From: Archaeoglobus fulgidus DSM 4304
Lineage (GTDB): Archaea > Halobacteriota > Archaeoglobi > Archaeoglobales > Archaeoglobaceae
Assembly (NCBI RefSeq): GCF_000008665.1
Contig: NC_000917.1
Span: forward strand, 1,500,001-1,532,000
Reading direction: 5' to 3'
DNA: 32,000 nt
In this document: in pieces, positions 1-9,604 of the stretch
How the letters are laid out: each line of letters starts with the position of its first letter
Numbering within the stretch: position 1 is the stretch's first letter
Program-made: the position numbers and the translations under genes
Notes under the pieces: model-generated
The model's input: the letters and a program-made list of their open reading frames with translations, nothing else
The model's database searches: none
What the model was told of the DNA's origin: nothing

Positions 1-855
1 GAGGACTTCCTCGACATGACAGTCAGCCAGGCTCTGCTGTGGGCCTGCCAGAACATCGACCCGCAGGAGCAGCCGTCTGAAGCTGCACCGGCTGAGCCCT
101 ACATCATGGGTTCACACAGCGGTGAGGCAGGTTTCTGGGTATGCGGTCCTGAGGATCTGATGCCGGAGGAGTACGCAAAGCTCTTCCCGCTGAAGTACAA
201 CAGGATGACCACAGTCAAGGGACTCTTCGCCATCGGTGACTGTGCTGGTGCCAACCCGCACAAGTTCTCCAGCGGTTCGTTCACTGAGGGCAGGATTGCA
301 GCGAAGGCCGCAGTGAGGTTCATCCTCGAGCAGAAGCCCAACCCAGAAATTGACGATGCGGTCGTTGAGGAACTCAAGAAGAAGGCCTACGCACCGATGG
401 AGAGGTTCATGCAGTACAAGGACCTCTCAACTGCCGATGACGTCAACCCAGAGTACATCCTGCCGTGGCAGGGTCTTGTCAGGCTGCAGAAGATCATGGA
501 CGAGTATGCTGCTGGAATTGCAACAATCTACAAGACCAACGAGAAGATGCTGCAGAGAGCTCTTGAGCTGCTCGCCTTCCTGAAGGAGGACCTCGAGAAG
601 CTCGCTGCAAGAGACCTCCACGAGCTGATGAGAGCATGGGAGCTTGTCCACAGAGTCTGGACTGCTGAGGCACACGTCAGGCACATGCTCTTCAGAAAGG
701 AAACCAGATGGCCCGGATACTACTACAGAACCGACTACCCAGAGCTCAACGACGAGGAGTGGAAGTGCTTCGTCTGCAGCAAGTACGACGCTGAGAAGGA
801 CGAGTGGACCTTCGAGAAAGTGCCGTACGTGCAGGTCATCGAGTGGAGCTTCTAA
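1..855 (+). CDS. aprA: Adenylylsulfate (APS) reductase alpha subunit, C-terminal part (5' end outside window)
   Basis: Frame is open from base 1; stop at 853-855. Protein contains YYYRTDYPELNDEEWKCFVCSKYDAEKDEWTFEKVPYVQVI and GVRGLFAIGDCAG-like FAD segment (GLFAIGDCAGANPHKFSSGSFTEGRIAAKAAVRFI), typical of AprA. Confidence 0.95.
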   Translation, partial: EDFLDMTVSQALLWACQNIDPQEQPSEAAPAEPYIMGSHSGEAGFWVCGPEDLMPEEYAKLFPLKYNRMTTVKGLFAIGDCAGANPHKFSSGSFTEGRIAAKAAVRFILEQKPNPEIDDAVVEELKKKAYAPMERFMQYKDLSTADDVNPEYILPWQGLVRLQKIMDEYAAGIATIYKTNEKMLQRALELLAFLKEDLEKLAARDLHELMRAWELVHRVWTAEAHVRHMLFRKETRWPGYYYRTDYPELNDEEWKCFVCSKYDAEKDEWTFEKVPYVQVIEWSF

Positions 856-919
856 AGCTCTAAAATTTTTCTTTTTTCTAAATCTAAAAGTTTTTATTGC
901 ATTGCCTTAACTCTGCATC

Positions 920-2221
920 ATGTACTGGAACCCTGCCATTGAGAGGCTAAATGCCAAGGAGCTTGAGGAGATACAGGAGCGCAAGCTCAAGGCCTTGGTA
1001 AGCACAGTCTATCAGTATTCCCCCTTCTATCGCCAGAGGTTCAGGGAGGCTGGAGTAACACCTGACGACATCAAAAGTCTGAACGATTTGCCCAAGCTGC
1101 CCTTCACGAAGAAGCAGGATTTGAGGGACACCTATCCCTTCGGAATGTTCTGCGTTCCGCTATCTCAGGTTGTGAGATTTCACGCTTCAAGCGGAACAAC
1201 TGGCAAGCCAACGGTTGTGGGGTACACTGCCAACGACATTCGCAACTGGGTTGAGAGCCTTTGCAGGGCTCTTGTTAGCTGCGGTGTGAGCAGCGACGAC
1301 ATAATGCAGATTGCCTACGGTTATGGGCTCTTCACAGGCGGTTTGGGCTTTCACTACGCTGCGGAAAGGCTTGGTGCTACTGTTTTGCCAATCTCAGCCG
1401 GAAACACTGCAAGGCAGATTGAGCTGATGAAGGATTTGGGCAGCACGGTTATGGCGTGCACGCCCTCTTACATGATTTACCTCGCTGAGTATGCGTCGCA
1501 GATGGGTGTTGACATCGCCGAGGACACGAATCTGAGGGCTGGGATTTTTGGAGCGGAGCCGTGGAGTGAGGAGACGAGAAAGAGGATTGAGGATAAGACC
1601 GGAATTACCGCATACGATGTTTACGGCACATCAGAGCTAAGTGGCCCCCTGTTCACGGAATGCACTGAGAGGCAGGGGCTGCACATCTGGGCTGACATGT
1701 TCCTGATAGAGATAATCGACCCCAAGACAGGGGAGCAGGTTGGTGAGGGAGAGAAGGGAGAGCTTGTTGTTACAACGCTAACGAAGGAGGCTTTACCGCT
1801 GATAAGGTGGAGGACTGGGGACATAACCTACATGGAGACCGACAAGTGCGCTTGCGGGAGAACTCATCCGAGGATAATGCGCATCCTTGGAAGAGCGGAC
1901 GACATGCTGATTATAAGAGGTGTCAACGTCTTCCCGAGCCAGATTGAGCACGTCCTTATGCAGATTCCGGAAGTGGGGGAGCACTACATGATAATCGTTG
2001 ACCGCCGCGAGGATGGGCTGGACGAGCTTACGGTGCAGGTTGAGCTGAGTGACAAGGCGGAGATAGACACCACTGGAGACATTCTGAAACTGGAGAAGAA
2101 AATTGCGGACAAGCTGAAGAGCGTTCTTAACGTCTGGGCAAAGGTTGAGGTTGTCAACCCAGGAACGCTGCAGAGGTTCGAGGGAAAGGCTAAAAGAGTA
2201 ATTGATAGAAGAAAGATATAA
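920..2221 (+). CDS. paaK: Phenylacetate-coenzyme A ligase (AMP-forming, PaaK family)
   Basis: 433 aa; adenylate-forming motif [44 protein letters not shown] typical of PaaK. Confidence 0.92.
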   Translation: MYWNPAIERLNAKELEEIQERKLKALVSTVYQYSPFYRQRFREAGVTPDDIKSLNDLPKLPFTKKQDLRDTYPFGMFCVPLSQVVRFHASSGTTGKPTVVGYTANDIRNWVESLCRALVSCGVSSDDIMQIAYGYGLFTGGLGFHYAAERLGATVLPISAGNTARQIELMKDLGSTVMACTPSYMIYLAEYASQMGVDIAEDTNLRAGIFGAEPWSEETRKRIEDKTGITAYDVYGTSELSGPLFTECTERQGLHIWADMFLIEIIDPKTGEQVGEGEKGELVVTTLTKEALPLIRWRTGDITYMETDKCACGRTHPRIMRILGRADDMLIIRGVNVFPSQIEHVLMQIPEVGEHYMIIVDRREDGLDELTVQVELSDKAEIDTTGDILKLEKKIADKLKSVLNVWAKVEVVNPGTLQRFEGKAKRVIDRRKI

Positions 2222-2230
2222 GGTGATAGC

Positions 2231-2644
2231 ATGGTAAAGCAGATTTCCGTATTTGTTGAAAACAAGCCCGGAAGGCTTGCTGCGGTTACGGAGGTGCTTA
2301 TGAAGCACAACATAAACATAAGAGCCTTCACCATCGCGGATGCGGGGGACTTCGGAATAATCAGGATGGTTGTTGACAAAACCGACGAGGCGTATCAGGC
2401 CCTTAAGGAGGCCGGATTCACCGTCAGGCTGACGAACGTCCTCGCTGTGGAGGTCGAGGATAAGCCGGGAGCGCTGCACAGAATTGCCAAAGCGCTTGGT
2501 GACGCGGGTGTGAACATAGACTACGTTTACGCCTTCACGAGTGAGAAGCACAAGGCGTTGATAATATTCCGCGTTGACGATAGGGAGAAGGCAAAGGAAG
2601 TCCTCGAAAAACTGGGAGTTCTTTTCAAAGGAGAAATAAACTGA
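2231..2644 (+). CDS. Tandem ACT-domain protein
   Basis: 137 aa with two ACT repeats (QISVFVENKPGRLAAVTEVLMKHNINIRAF and VLAVEVEDKPGALHRIAKALGDAGVNIDYVYAF); 9 nt downstream of the PaaK gene, a common pairing. Confidence 0.88.
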   Translation: MVKQISVFVENKPGRLAAVTEVLMKHNINIRAFTIADAGDFGIIRMVVDKTDEAYQALKEAGFTVRLTNVLAVEVEDKPGALHRIAKALGDAGVNIDYVYAFTSEKHKALIIFRVDDREKAKEVLEKLGVLFKGEIN

Positions 2645-2645
2645 T

Positions 2646-3590
2646 ATGTCTTCAACCTCCACACCTTTTTTAAAGATAGGTATCTTTTTATCCCTCGTAG
2701 TTCTCGCAGGAACAGTCGGTTATCACTTCGTTGAAGGGTGGGACTGGTTCGACAGCCTCTACATGACTGTTATAACCATAACGACTACGGGTTACGGCGA
2801 GGTTAAACCAATGGGGCCGGGGGGAAGAGTAATTTCGATGTTGCTGATGTTCGTGGGAGTTGGGACATTTCTGTATGCCGTAAACGTGTTTATGGGGCTG
2901 ATAGTTGAGGGCAGAATTGAGAAAAGGTGGGAGAAGATGATTGAAAAAATGGAGGACCACTTCATACTCTGCGGATACGGGCTAATGGGAAGGGAAATAA
3001 TTAAAGAGCTTCCAAAGGACAAGGTAGTCGTTATCGACTCCGATATCGGTAAAGTATCGGCGGCGAGGGAGGATGGATACGTTGCTGTGCACGGTGATGC
3101 GACAGACGACTTTACGCTTGAAAAAGCTGGAATAGGAAAGGCTAAGGCGCTAATTTGCTGCATGAGCGATGCCAGTAATGCCTTTGCCATCTTAACTGCC
3201 AAGGAACTCAATCCGAGAATAAAGACTGTTGCAATCCTCAGAAGCCCGGATGCGGAGAAAAAGATGAGGAGAGTTGGTGTTGATATCCTTCTCTCCCCCT
3301 ACCGGGATGCGGCAAAGAAGATTATCTCCCTGCTTTCAGAAAAAGCCGTTGCAGAATTTGTTGAGACTGTTATAAGCGGGGCGAAGTCGCTGAACCTTGA
3401 GAAGGTTGTTGCCGATGAGTATATGGATGGAAAAACTCTGAGAGAACTTGACTTGAGGAGAAGGACTGGATGCATTGTTGTTGCAGTGGTGAGGAGGGGT
3501 GATGTGATACTGCCGGAGGCTGACACCAGGCTTGAAAAGGGGGATATTCTGTACATCCTCTGCTCCGGTGAAGCACCTCTCGAGCTTTAA
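2646..3590 (+). CDS. Two-TM potassium channel with RCK (TrkA-N/TrkA-C) domains
   Basis: Pore motif TVITITTTGYGEV, second TM, then Rossmann FILCGYGLMGREIIKEL and TrkA-C-like C-terminus. Confidence 0.88.
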   Translation: MSSTSTPFLKIGIFLSLVVLAGTVGYHFVEGWDWFDSLYMTVITITTTGYGEVKPMGPGGRVISMLLMFVGVGTFLYAVNVFMGLIVEGRIEKRWEKMIEKMEDHFILCGYGLMGREIIKELPKDKVVVIDSDIGKVSAAREDGYVAVHGDATDDFTLEKAGIGKAKALICCMSDASNAFAILTAKELNPRIKTVAILRSPDAEKKMRRVGVDILLSPYRDAAKKIISLLSEKAVAEFVETVISGAKSLNLEKVVADEYMDGKTLRELDLRRRTGCIVVAVVRRGDVILPEADTRLEKGDILYILCSGEAPLEL

Positions 3591-4642
3591 GCCACGCCTG
3601 TCTTCTCCACAACGAGCTCAAACTCTTCTTTTGTGGGTTTTACAGCTTCGAGAATTGTGAACCTCTTTTTTCTGAGCTTCGTCGCAAGCATCAATGCCTC
3701 TATCACCTGCTCCCTTGTCAGGCCGATTTCCTTTGCCGTTGTCGGGGCATGGACCTTCTCAAGCGACATCTTAATCTGCTCCCAGTCACCCCTCCCGTAG
3801 TACTTTTCGTGGAGGTACTCCATTATTATCGTACCGAGGGCAACCTGCTCTCCATGAGTGCCGTTCCCGTAGCCGAGATAATCGAGAGCGTGGCTGAACT
3901 TGTGTTCCGCTCCGCTTGCGGGTCTGCTTGAGCCCACGAAGGCTATAGCAACGCCGCTCATAATCAGTCCCCTCAGCAGCATCAGCAGGTGGGGCGGGAG
4001 CGTTAAATCAAGCTCATCGGCCTTGCTCACCATTAGCTGCGCTGGCATCACGGCAATAGATGCAGCAACCTCATTGTAATCCTCCCCAACCAAGTCTCTT
4101 GCAAGCTGCCAGTCCTTCACTGATGAGATGTTTGAAACGAGGTCACCGTAGCCGGACCTGAGCAGCCTGATGGGACAGTTCTTTATAATGTTCAGGTCGG
4201 CAATCACCGCCGACGGGGGGTTGGTTGAAATGGATATCGGCTTTCCGTTCTCCTTGAAGCTCGCCACCGGAGAAGCTATACCGTCGTGAGAGGCTGTGGT
4301 GGGCACGCTTATCATCGATGCGTTAAGCTCTGACGAAACAACTTTCGAAACGTCTAGAACCTTCCCCCCACCAACACCGACAACTGCATCATAGTCTGCA
4401 AAGCCTCCTCTCAGCACGATTTTCCTTGCCTCCTCCATCTTTGCCGACTCAACGAGCATCATGTCGTATTCGAAGTCCTTTAGTGTTTCTTTGAGATTGA
4501 CAACTACAAGATTCTTCACAACTTCATCCGTCAGGAGAAGAAAGTAGTTTGCATCCAAACTTCTCAGAACCTTCGGCAGTTTTGAAATCACGTTTTCGCC
4601 AATGTACACGTGATACGGAAGGTCAACCGTCTTGAATCTCAT
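3587..4642 (-). CDS. egsA: sn-glycerol-1-phosphate dehydrogenase (NAD(P)+)
   Basis: 351 aa; GGGKVLDVSKVVSSELNASMISVPTTASHDGIASPVASF and HGEQVALGTIIMEYLH, characteristic of the archaeal G1PDH family. Confidence 0.93.
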   Translation of the reverse strand: MRFKTVDLPYHVYIGENVISKLPKVLRSLDANYFLLLTDEVVKNLVVVNLKETLKDFEYDMMLVESAKMEEARKIVLRGGFADYDAVVGVGGGKVLDVSKVVSSELNASMISVPTTASHDGIASPVASFKENGKPISISTNPPSAVIADLNIIKNCPIRLLRSGYGDLVSNISSVKDWQLARDLVGEDYNEVAASIAVMPAQLMVSKADELDLTLPPHLLMLLRGLIMSGVAIAFVGSSRPASGAEHKFSHALDYLGYGNGTHGEQVALGTIIMEYLHEKYYGRGDWEQIKMSLEKVHAPTTAKEIGLTREQVIEALMLATKLRKKRFTILEAVKPTKEEFELVVEKTGVA

Positions 4643-4705
4643 GCTACCACCTCTTCGTAAAACCAGTGTGTACAGTCTGTGGAATTAGTATATAAATCTA
4701 ATCGA

Positions 4706-5089
4706 CTATTTCTCAAGCAGCATCATAAGCTCCTCCGGAAAGGCGGTGGAGAAGCAGGAAAGGTTACCATCGAACCCCGTGCAGAAAACGGGGACGAAAG
4801 TTACCCTGACGGGAGTTTTTTCCCTCATCGCATCAACATAGACGGGGATGTAGTTTTTCCTGATGAATTCCATGGCAGACTGGTTGCTTCTGAAGAACTC
4901 CTTAAATCTCTTGCATACCCCGCACTCGGACGTGCCTATGAACACGAACATCTCCTTTTTTTGCTCTTCAGAAAGCTTTTTCCCCTCCTGGTAGCTGTAC
5001 CAACCTTCCATTGAATCGCTTTGGCTGAAGAGGGAGACTGCGACCAGAGCAAGGGCAACAACTGCGAGTAGAGCGTAGATTGCCTTCAC
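4706..5089 (-). CDS. Secreted/membrane-anchored thioredoxin-like protein
   Basis: N-terminal hydrophobic segment (MKAIYALLAVVALALVAVSLF), then MFVFIGTSECGVCKRFKEFF with a CxxC motif. Confidence 0.7.
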   Translation of the reverse strand: MKAIYALLAVVALALVAVSLFSQSDSMEGWYSYQEGKKLSEEQKKEMFVFIGTSECGVCKRFKEFFRSNQSAMEFIRKNYIPVYVDAMREKTPVRVTFVPVFCTGFDGNLSCFSTAFPEELMMLLEK

Positions 5090-5122
5090 AGTTTTTGGAA
5101 TGAATAAAGATTTATCAATATT

Positions 5123-5875
5123 TTGCGAAATTTGTTCATGGACGAAAAACTGTTGAAAACTATAGCCGAGTCAAAATACCTCGTCGCGTTAACGGGAGCC
5201 GGAGTGTCGGCTGAGAGCGGAATACCGACCTTCCGCGGAAAGGATGGGTTGTGGAACAGGTATCGTCCCGAAGAGCTTGCCAACCCTCAGGCTTTTGCTA
5301 AGGACCCTGAAAAGGTCTGGAAGTGGTACGCTTGGAGGATGGAGAAGGTTTTCAACGCTCAACCGAACAAAGCGCACCAAGCCTTTGCGGAGCTTGAGCG
5401 ATTGGGGGTTCTGAAATGCCTGATCACTCAAAACGTTGACGACCTGCACGAGAGGGCGGGAAGCAGAAACGTCATCCACCTCCACGGCAGCTTGAGGGTG
5501 GTGAGGTGCACATCCTGCAACAACTCCTTCGAGGTCGAATCTGCGCCGAAAATCCCTCCTCTGCCAAAATGCGATAAGTGCGGCTCCCTTTTGCGTCCAG
5601 GGGTGGTTTGGTTTGGGGAGATGCTCCCTCCCGATGTCCTGGATAGAGCGATGAGAGAAGTTGAAAGGGCGGATGTGATAATTGTAGCCGGCACCTCAGC
5701 GGTGGTTCAGCCGGCAGCATCGCTTCCGCTGATCGTTAAGCAAAGAGGAGGAGCTATCATCGAAATAAACCCGGACGAGACACCTTTGACACCGATTGCA
5801 GATTACAGCCTGAGAGGGAAGGCGGGGGAGGTCATGGATGAGCTGGTGAGGCACGTCAGGAAAGCTCTGTCTTGA
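5123..5875 (+). CDS. cobB: NAD-dependent protein deacetylase, sirtuin (Sir2-Af1 type)
   Basis: Best start is probably ATG at 5138 (MDEKLLKTIAESKYLVALTGAGVSAESGIPTFRG); GAGxSxxSGIPxFRG, TQNVDDLHERAG, HLHG, Zn motif CTSC...CDKCG. Confidence 0.96.
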   Translation: MRNLFMDEKLLKTIAESKYLVALTGAGVSAESGIPTFRGKDGLWNRYRPEELANPQAFAKDPEKVWKWYAWRMEKVFNAQPNKAHQAFAELERLGVLKCLITQNVDDLHERAGSRNVIHLHGSLRVVRCTSCNNSFEVESAPKIPPLPKCDKCGSLLRPGVVWFGEMLPPDVLDRAMREVERADVIIVAGTSAVVQPAASLPLIVKQRGGAIIEINPDETPLTPIADYSLRGKAGEVMDELVRHVRKALS

Positions 5876-7091
5876 GAAACTCTCTCAGGAAGACGGTTGC
5901 GTAGCAACCACGCGGCAGGTAAAAGCTGAATGTGCTGTCAGTAAAACTCAGACCTGTGTGCTCTATGAGAGTGTCCGCAGGTCTGTAGGAGCCGCTGGAT
6001 GAGAACTCCTTGTGCTTAGTCTTAAAGCTGCTAAGGTCTAAATTGTCCTCGCTGAGAAAATCGAGGGCTATTCTGCTCCACCCCTTCAGCTTCGTATCGT
6101 AACCAACAAGCGGCAAGGCCAGAGAAGCGACTCTCTCCTTTACGAGGAACCTAACTCTCGCCTCGTTAACTTCAACCTCGCTGCAGTCCGAGAAGGTTGG
6201 ACGTGTTTTGAAGGTCAGGTAGCACGCAAAGTCCCCCTCTTCCAGAGTTTTTAGGCTGCCGAACTGTCTTATCCTCTCTGAAAGGAGCCTGTTAAAGATG
6301 TAAGACTGGTAGGCGTGAACGAACATCATTTTCAGGTTTTTCGGCAGTGAGAGCAAAGCCTCCTCCTCGCTTTTTCCCTCTCTGAGCTTTTGAAGCAAAT
6401 TCCTCTCATATCGCAGGTATTTTGGCAGCTCTCTCAAACCGAGCTTTGCATCCCTCGTTTCCCACAGAATTTCCCTTATTTTTCTGACCTCCTCGTTCTC
6501 ACCCTCAAAGGGCTTTGCGACGTAAACCCAAAACGCCTCCTCGTAGTTATTCTGAAGAATGAGCTTCCCCACCTCATGCGTGATGAACCTTATTGAGCCA
6601 AAGCGCTGAAGACCGAAAAAATTTGGAGTTCCCTTCTCCATTAACTCGTTTCTCGTCTCCTGAAATATCTCTCCGTCCCTGCAGCCGTAAACCCTGATTC
6701 TGAAAAAGTTTCCGAGCAAATCCCCTAGCTGAATTGCTCTCCTTGCATATCCGATGACCTCTATCTTCGCGTCTTTCAGGTTTACTCTCTCAATTTCTTC
6801 TTTCTTTACTCCGTAAATGGAAAAATACTGCACAGTCAGCGCTCTTTTGTCCTTCGTCCCAGCGAAGCTTATCCTTTTCTGGCTTATGCCGAGAGCGTTG
6901 GAAAGCACTCTGGCGAAGTTAAGCGTATCCCAGTTTTTCTTTTCCACCCTGATTATCAGAAAATCCCCTTCATCGCTCAAATTAAACTCTGCAATCTCTT
7001 CGACGTAGAAATCCTCAGGCTCAGCCTTAATCTCTCCACCCATTCCGGGAGTAGAGGTGATGTAGCATTCGATGCCTACCTTTTCCTCCAC
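5856..7091 (-). CDS. truD: tRNA pseudouridine synthase D
   Basis: EDFYVEEI, ISFAGTKDKRALTVQYFSI, NFFGLQRFGSIR motifs; convergent 20-bp overlap with sirtuin gene. Confidence 0.93.
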   Translation of the reverse strand: MEEKVGIECYITSTPGMGGEIKAEPEDFYVEEIAEFNLSDEGDFLIIRVEKKNWDTLNFARVLSNALGISQKRISFAGTKDKRALTVQYFSIYGVKKEEIERVNLKDAKIEVIGYARRAIQLGDLLGNFFRIRVYGCRDGEIFQETRNELMEKGTPNFFGLQRFGSIRFITHEVGKLILQNNYEEAFWVYVAKPFEGENEEVRKIREILWETRDAKLGLRELPKYLRYERNLLQKLREGKSEEEALLSLPKNLKMMFVHAYQSYIFNRLLSERIRQFGSLKTLEEGDFACYLTFKTRPTFSDCSEVEVNEARVRFLVKERVASLALPLVGYDTKLKGWSRIALDFLSEDNLDLSSFKTKHKEFSSSGSYRPADTLIEHTGLSFTDSTFSFYLPRGCYATVFLREFLKTELS

Positions 7092-7154
7092 ATTGCAGCA
7101 TGACCCAATAGCTTTATATCTTTGCCTGAAGTAATTAGCAGAAAAAATAAAAAA

Positions 7155-7778
7155 TTAGGGATCGGTGTCGATCTCAATGGAGTTCTGAAGCTCGTTGTAT
7201 TTCCTCACGGTGGCTATGTTCCTCATCATGTAAGCCAAATCTCCCTGCAGCTTTAGCTTCCCCTGCATAATCATCGTCGTCGGGTCGATTTTCTTGAAAA
7301 TCATCTCTTTGAATGCCGCATATGGCCCGCTGAGCTTGAACTTCGCATCCTCCTTCTCGCCCGGAGCAACGGGCTCGGCGTGTCTCATCTCCCCATGCCA
7401 GAAGTCCAGCCAGATGTAGAGTGCCGCACCCTTCACCTCGTCAAGCTTGATTTCGGCAACCTTTTTTGTTAGCTCGTCATAGTTCAGCGAGTCTACATCC
7501 ATGTCCTCGTCGAGCGATAAACCGAGCTTTTGAAGGAAGACCTCTGCCGGGGTGCCCTTGAACTTCTCCCTCCTCTCCTTTGGTATTGCGTAAACCAGGG
7601 ACAGGAACCCTCTGAGGATTTTGGGGTTCTGAAAGTCCTTCAGGGCAGCCTCGTCTATTTCGGAAATAACGAGATAATCCCCCTCCCAGTTTGCCGCCAC
7701 CCTCTTGTACTCCTCATCGCTGTTAACGACTCTCAAAAGCTCGTCCAGCCACTCCTTCGACGGATACACAACTGCCAT
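7155..7778 (-). CDS. SCP-2 sterol-transfer-like domain protein
   Basis: 207 aa; central/C-terminal FKLSGPYAAFKEMIFKKIDPTTMIMQGKLKLQGDLAYMMRNI resembles an SCP2 domain. Confidence 0.65.
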   Translation of the reverse strand: MAVVYPSKEWLDELLRVVNSDEEYKRVAANWEGDYLVISEIDEAALKDFQNPKILRGFLSLVYAIPKERREKFKGTPAEVFLQKLGLSLDEDMDVDSLNYDELTKKVAEIKLDEVKGAALYIWLDFWHGEMRHAEPVAPGEKEDAKFKLSGPYAAFKEMIFKKIDPTTMIMQGKLKLQGDLAYMMRNIATVRKYNELQNSIEIDTDP

Positions 7779-7855
7779 GTTTTTAAGTAGCCAGCACCTG
7801 TTTTAATTCTTTCTGATTTTTGATGATGATAATGGAAATAATCATTTTAAACATA

Positions 7856-7870
7856 AAATTTATATAATAA
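7856..7870 (+). promoter_or_regulatory. Probable archaeal TATA element for the 7887 gene
   Basis: AAATTTATATAATAA about 25 nt upstream of the ATG, implying a leaderless or near-leaderless transcript. Confidence 0.5.
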
Positions 7871-7886
7871 TTGATTAACTTTTGCT

Positions 7887-9062
7887 ATGAGGCTCGCCTT
7901 GGCAGTACTGATTTTATTGCTGAGTATCGCACCAGCCATGGCCCTCTGCAGCTACGAGGTTGTTGAGGAAAGGTACGCTGACCCCTTTACGGTGGATATC
8001 AGCAGCATGCCGTCCTTGAAAGATTTGCCGGTTGACGACCCAAGCGATGGGATAGACTGGGTGAAGGTGCCTCTTCCTAAGCCATGCGTTAACGGAATGG
8101 GCAAGGATACGTTCATTATGGTGAGGAAGGGCTCTTCGAACAACCTTTTGATTTTCTTTGAAGGTGGAGGGGCATGTGCGGACTACGAAACGTGCAAGCC
8201 AATGCTCTGCACAGACCTTAAGAGCTGCAAGCCTCTGCTGGGAATTGGAAGCGTTGTTGCGCTGGAGTCAAATTTCTGTTTCCTCAAGCTTTACTACAGA
8301 GGAGGCATTTTTGACGTCAAGAAGGCCGAGAACCCGTTCAGGGACTGGACGATTGTGTTCGTGCCCTACAACACCGGCGACCTGCACATGGGGAACAGGG
8401 TAGTGAGATACTTTGATGATGGGAAGGAGAAGACGATATACCATGTGGGGTACGTCAATGCGATAGTTGCGATGAGGTGGATAAAGGAGAACGGTAACTT
8501 TGACAGGATTGTAGTTGCAGGTTCGAGCGCAGGCGGCTACGCAACTCTGCTTCACGGCTATACCGCGTGGAGTATTTTTGGTAAGCCTGTGACGGTGATA
8601 AACGACGCGGGGCCGGGAATAAATCCGGATAGCGACAGCAAGTTCCAGGTGAATGAGATTATGGAGAGGTGGGGGAGCAAGCAGAACTTCCCGCCTGAAG
8701 CGCTGCAGTATTTTGAGGGAAAAGACCCAGCCTACGCGATAGAGTACTTCCTAGATAAGTGCAGCGATTGCGTTTATGGCTTCTTCGAAGACCAGAAGGA
8801 TTTGGTTATAGGGAGTGTTTTCAGCGCTTACTGGCCCTGGCAGTTTAAAACAAGGCTTTTGAAGGTAACCGATGAGCTGAGGGATTACAGCGACAGATAC
8901 TGCAGATTCCTGCCCTACGACTACCAGCACACAGTCCTTACCGGCGGGCTGCTTTATCCGCTGCAGAAGGACCGCTTTTACTGCGAGAAGGTTGGCGGAT
9001 ACAGGGTTTACGAGTGGGTAAAGGAGTTGCTGAGGGGCAACTGTGTGGATTTGGTTGAGTGA
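7887..9062 (+). CDS. Secreted pectinacetylesterase/Notum-like serine hydrolase
   Basis: Signal peptide (MRLALAVLILLLSIAPAMA), LLIFFEGGGACADYETC, nucleophile region VVAGSSAGGYATLLHGY, and paired cysteines. Confidence 0.75.
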   Translation: MRLALAVLILLLSIAPAMALCSYEVVEERYADPFTVDISSMPSLKDLPVDDPSDGIDWVKVPLPKPCVNGMGKDTFIMVRKGSSNNLLIFFEGGGACADYETCKPMLCTDLKSCKPLLGIGSVVALESNFCFLKLYYRGGIFDVKKAENPFRDWTIVFVPYNTGDLHMGNRVVRYFDDGKEKTIYHVGYVNAIVAMRWIKENGNFDRIVVAGSSAGGYATLLHGYTAWSIFGKPVTVINDAGPGINPDSDSKFQVNEIMERWGSKQNFPPEALQYFEGKDPAYAIEYFLDKCSDCVYGFFEDQKDLVIGSVFSAYWPWQFKTRLLKVTDELRDYSDRYCRFLPYDYQHTVLTGGLLYPLQKDRFYCEKVGGYRVYEWVKELLRGNCVDLVE

Positions 9063-9069
9063 TTGTTTT

Positions 9070-9603
9070 TTATTTTTCTTTTATTCTCATTTGCAGAATC
9101 TTAATGCGCTTTAGAAGTTCTGAAATATAGCCCAGGGTTTCATTTAGATCAGGGAAGTAATCGCTCGGATGTGCACACTCATTTCTCTTACTTAAGAGTC
9201 CTTTAAGAGTTTTCATTTCACTTTTATTCAAAATTCCAACGTCCTTTGCAGCTTCAATTATCTGAAAGTCAGGGTACTCTCTAAAGTCTTCTTTTTTTGA
9301 AATTTTCCATTTTTCTTTTTTATTTTTAATTTGAGGTATGTGTAATGCCAATATACTGTGAAGGAAATCGATAAAACCTGCCCATGCAAGGACGTGTGCC
9401 GCTCTAAAAAGACCGTTCTCCACACACCTCAAAGCTTCTCTGAACAATTCATCTTGCTCGATAGATAATCCATCCAGCTCTTTATAACTTTCATCTAATC
9501 TAATTATACGTGATTTCCCTGCGCTTTCGTATGTGCTTAGGAGCTTGTGGACTTCTGATTCATATTTTAATAAATTCTTAACCATATTTTCTAAAATATC
9601 CAT
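9070..9603 (-). CDS. HEPN-like domain protein (putative RNase)
   Basis: All-alpha protein with EALRCVENGLFRAAHVLAWAGFIDFLH and LLSKRNECAHPS (Rx4H HEPN motif). Likely start is ATG at 9603 (MDILENMVKNLLKYESE), 1 nt after the stop of the upstream gene; the ORF track start at 9663 is probably too long. Confidence 0.62.
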   Translation of the reverse strand: MDILENMVKNLLKYESEVHKLLSTYESAGKSRIIRLDESYKELDGLSIEQDELFREALRCVENGLFRAAHVLAWAGFIDFLHSILALHIPQIKNKKEKWKISKKEDFREYPDFQIIEAAKDVGILNKSEMKTLKGLLSKRNECAHPSDYFPDLNETLGYISELLKRIKILQMRIKEK

Positions 9604-9604
9604 G

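Noticed and set aside
1793-2662. 289-aa antisense ORF opposite paaK and the ACT gene
   Set aside because: Shadow ORF opposite two strongly recognised genes; no family motifs and low-complexity composition.
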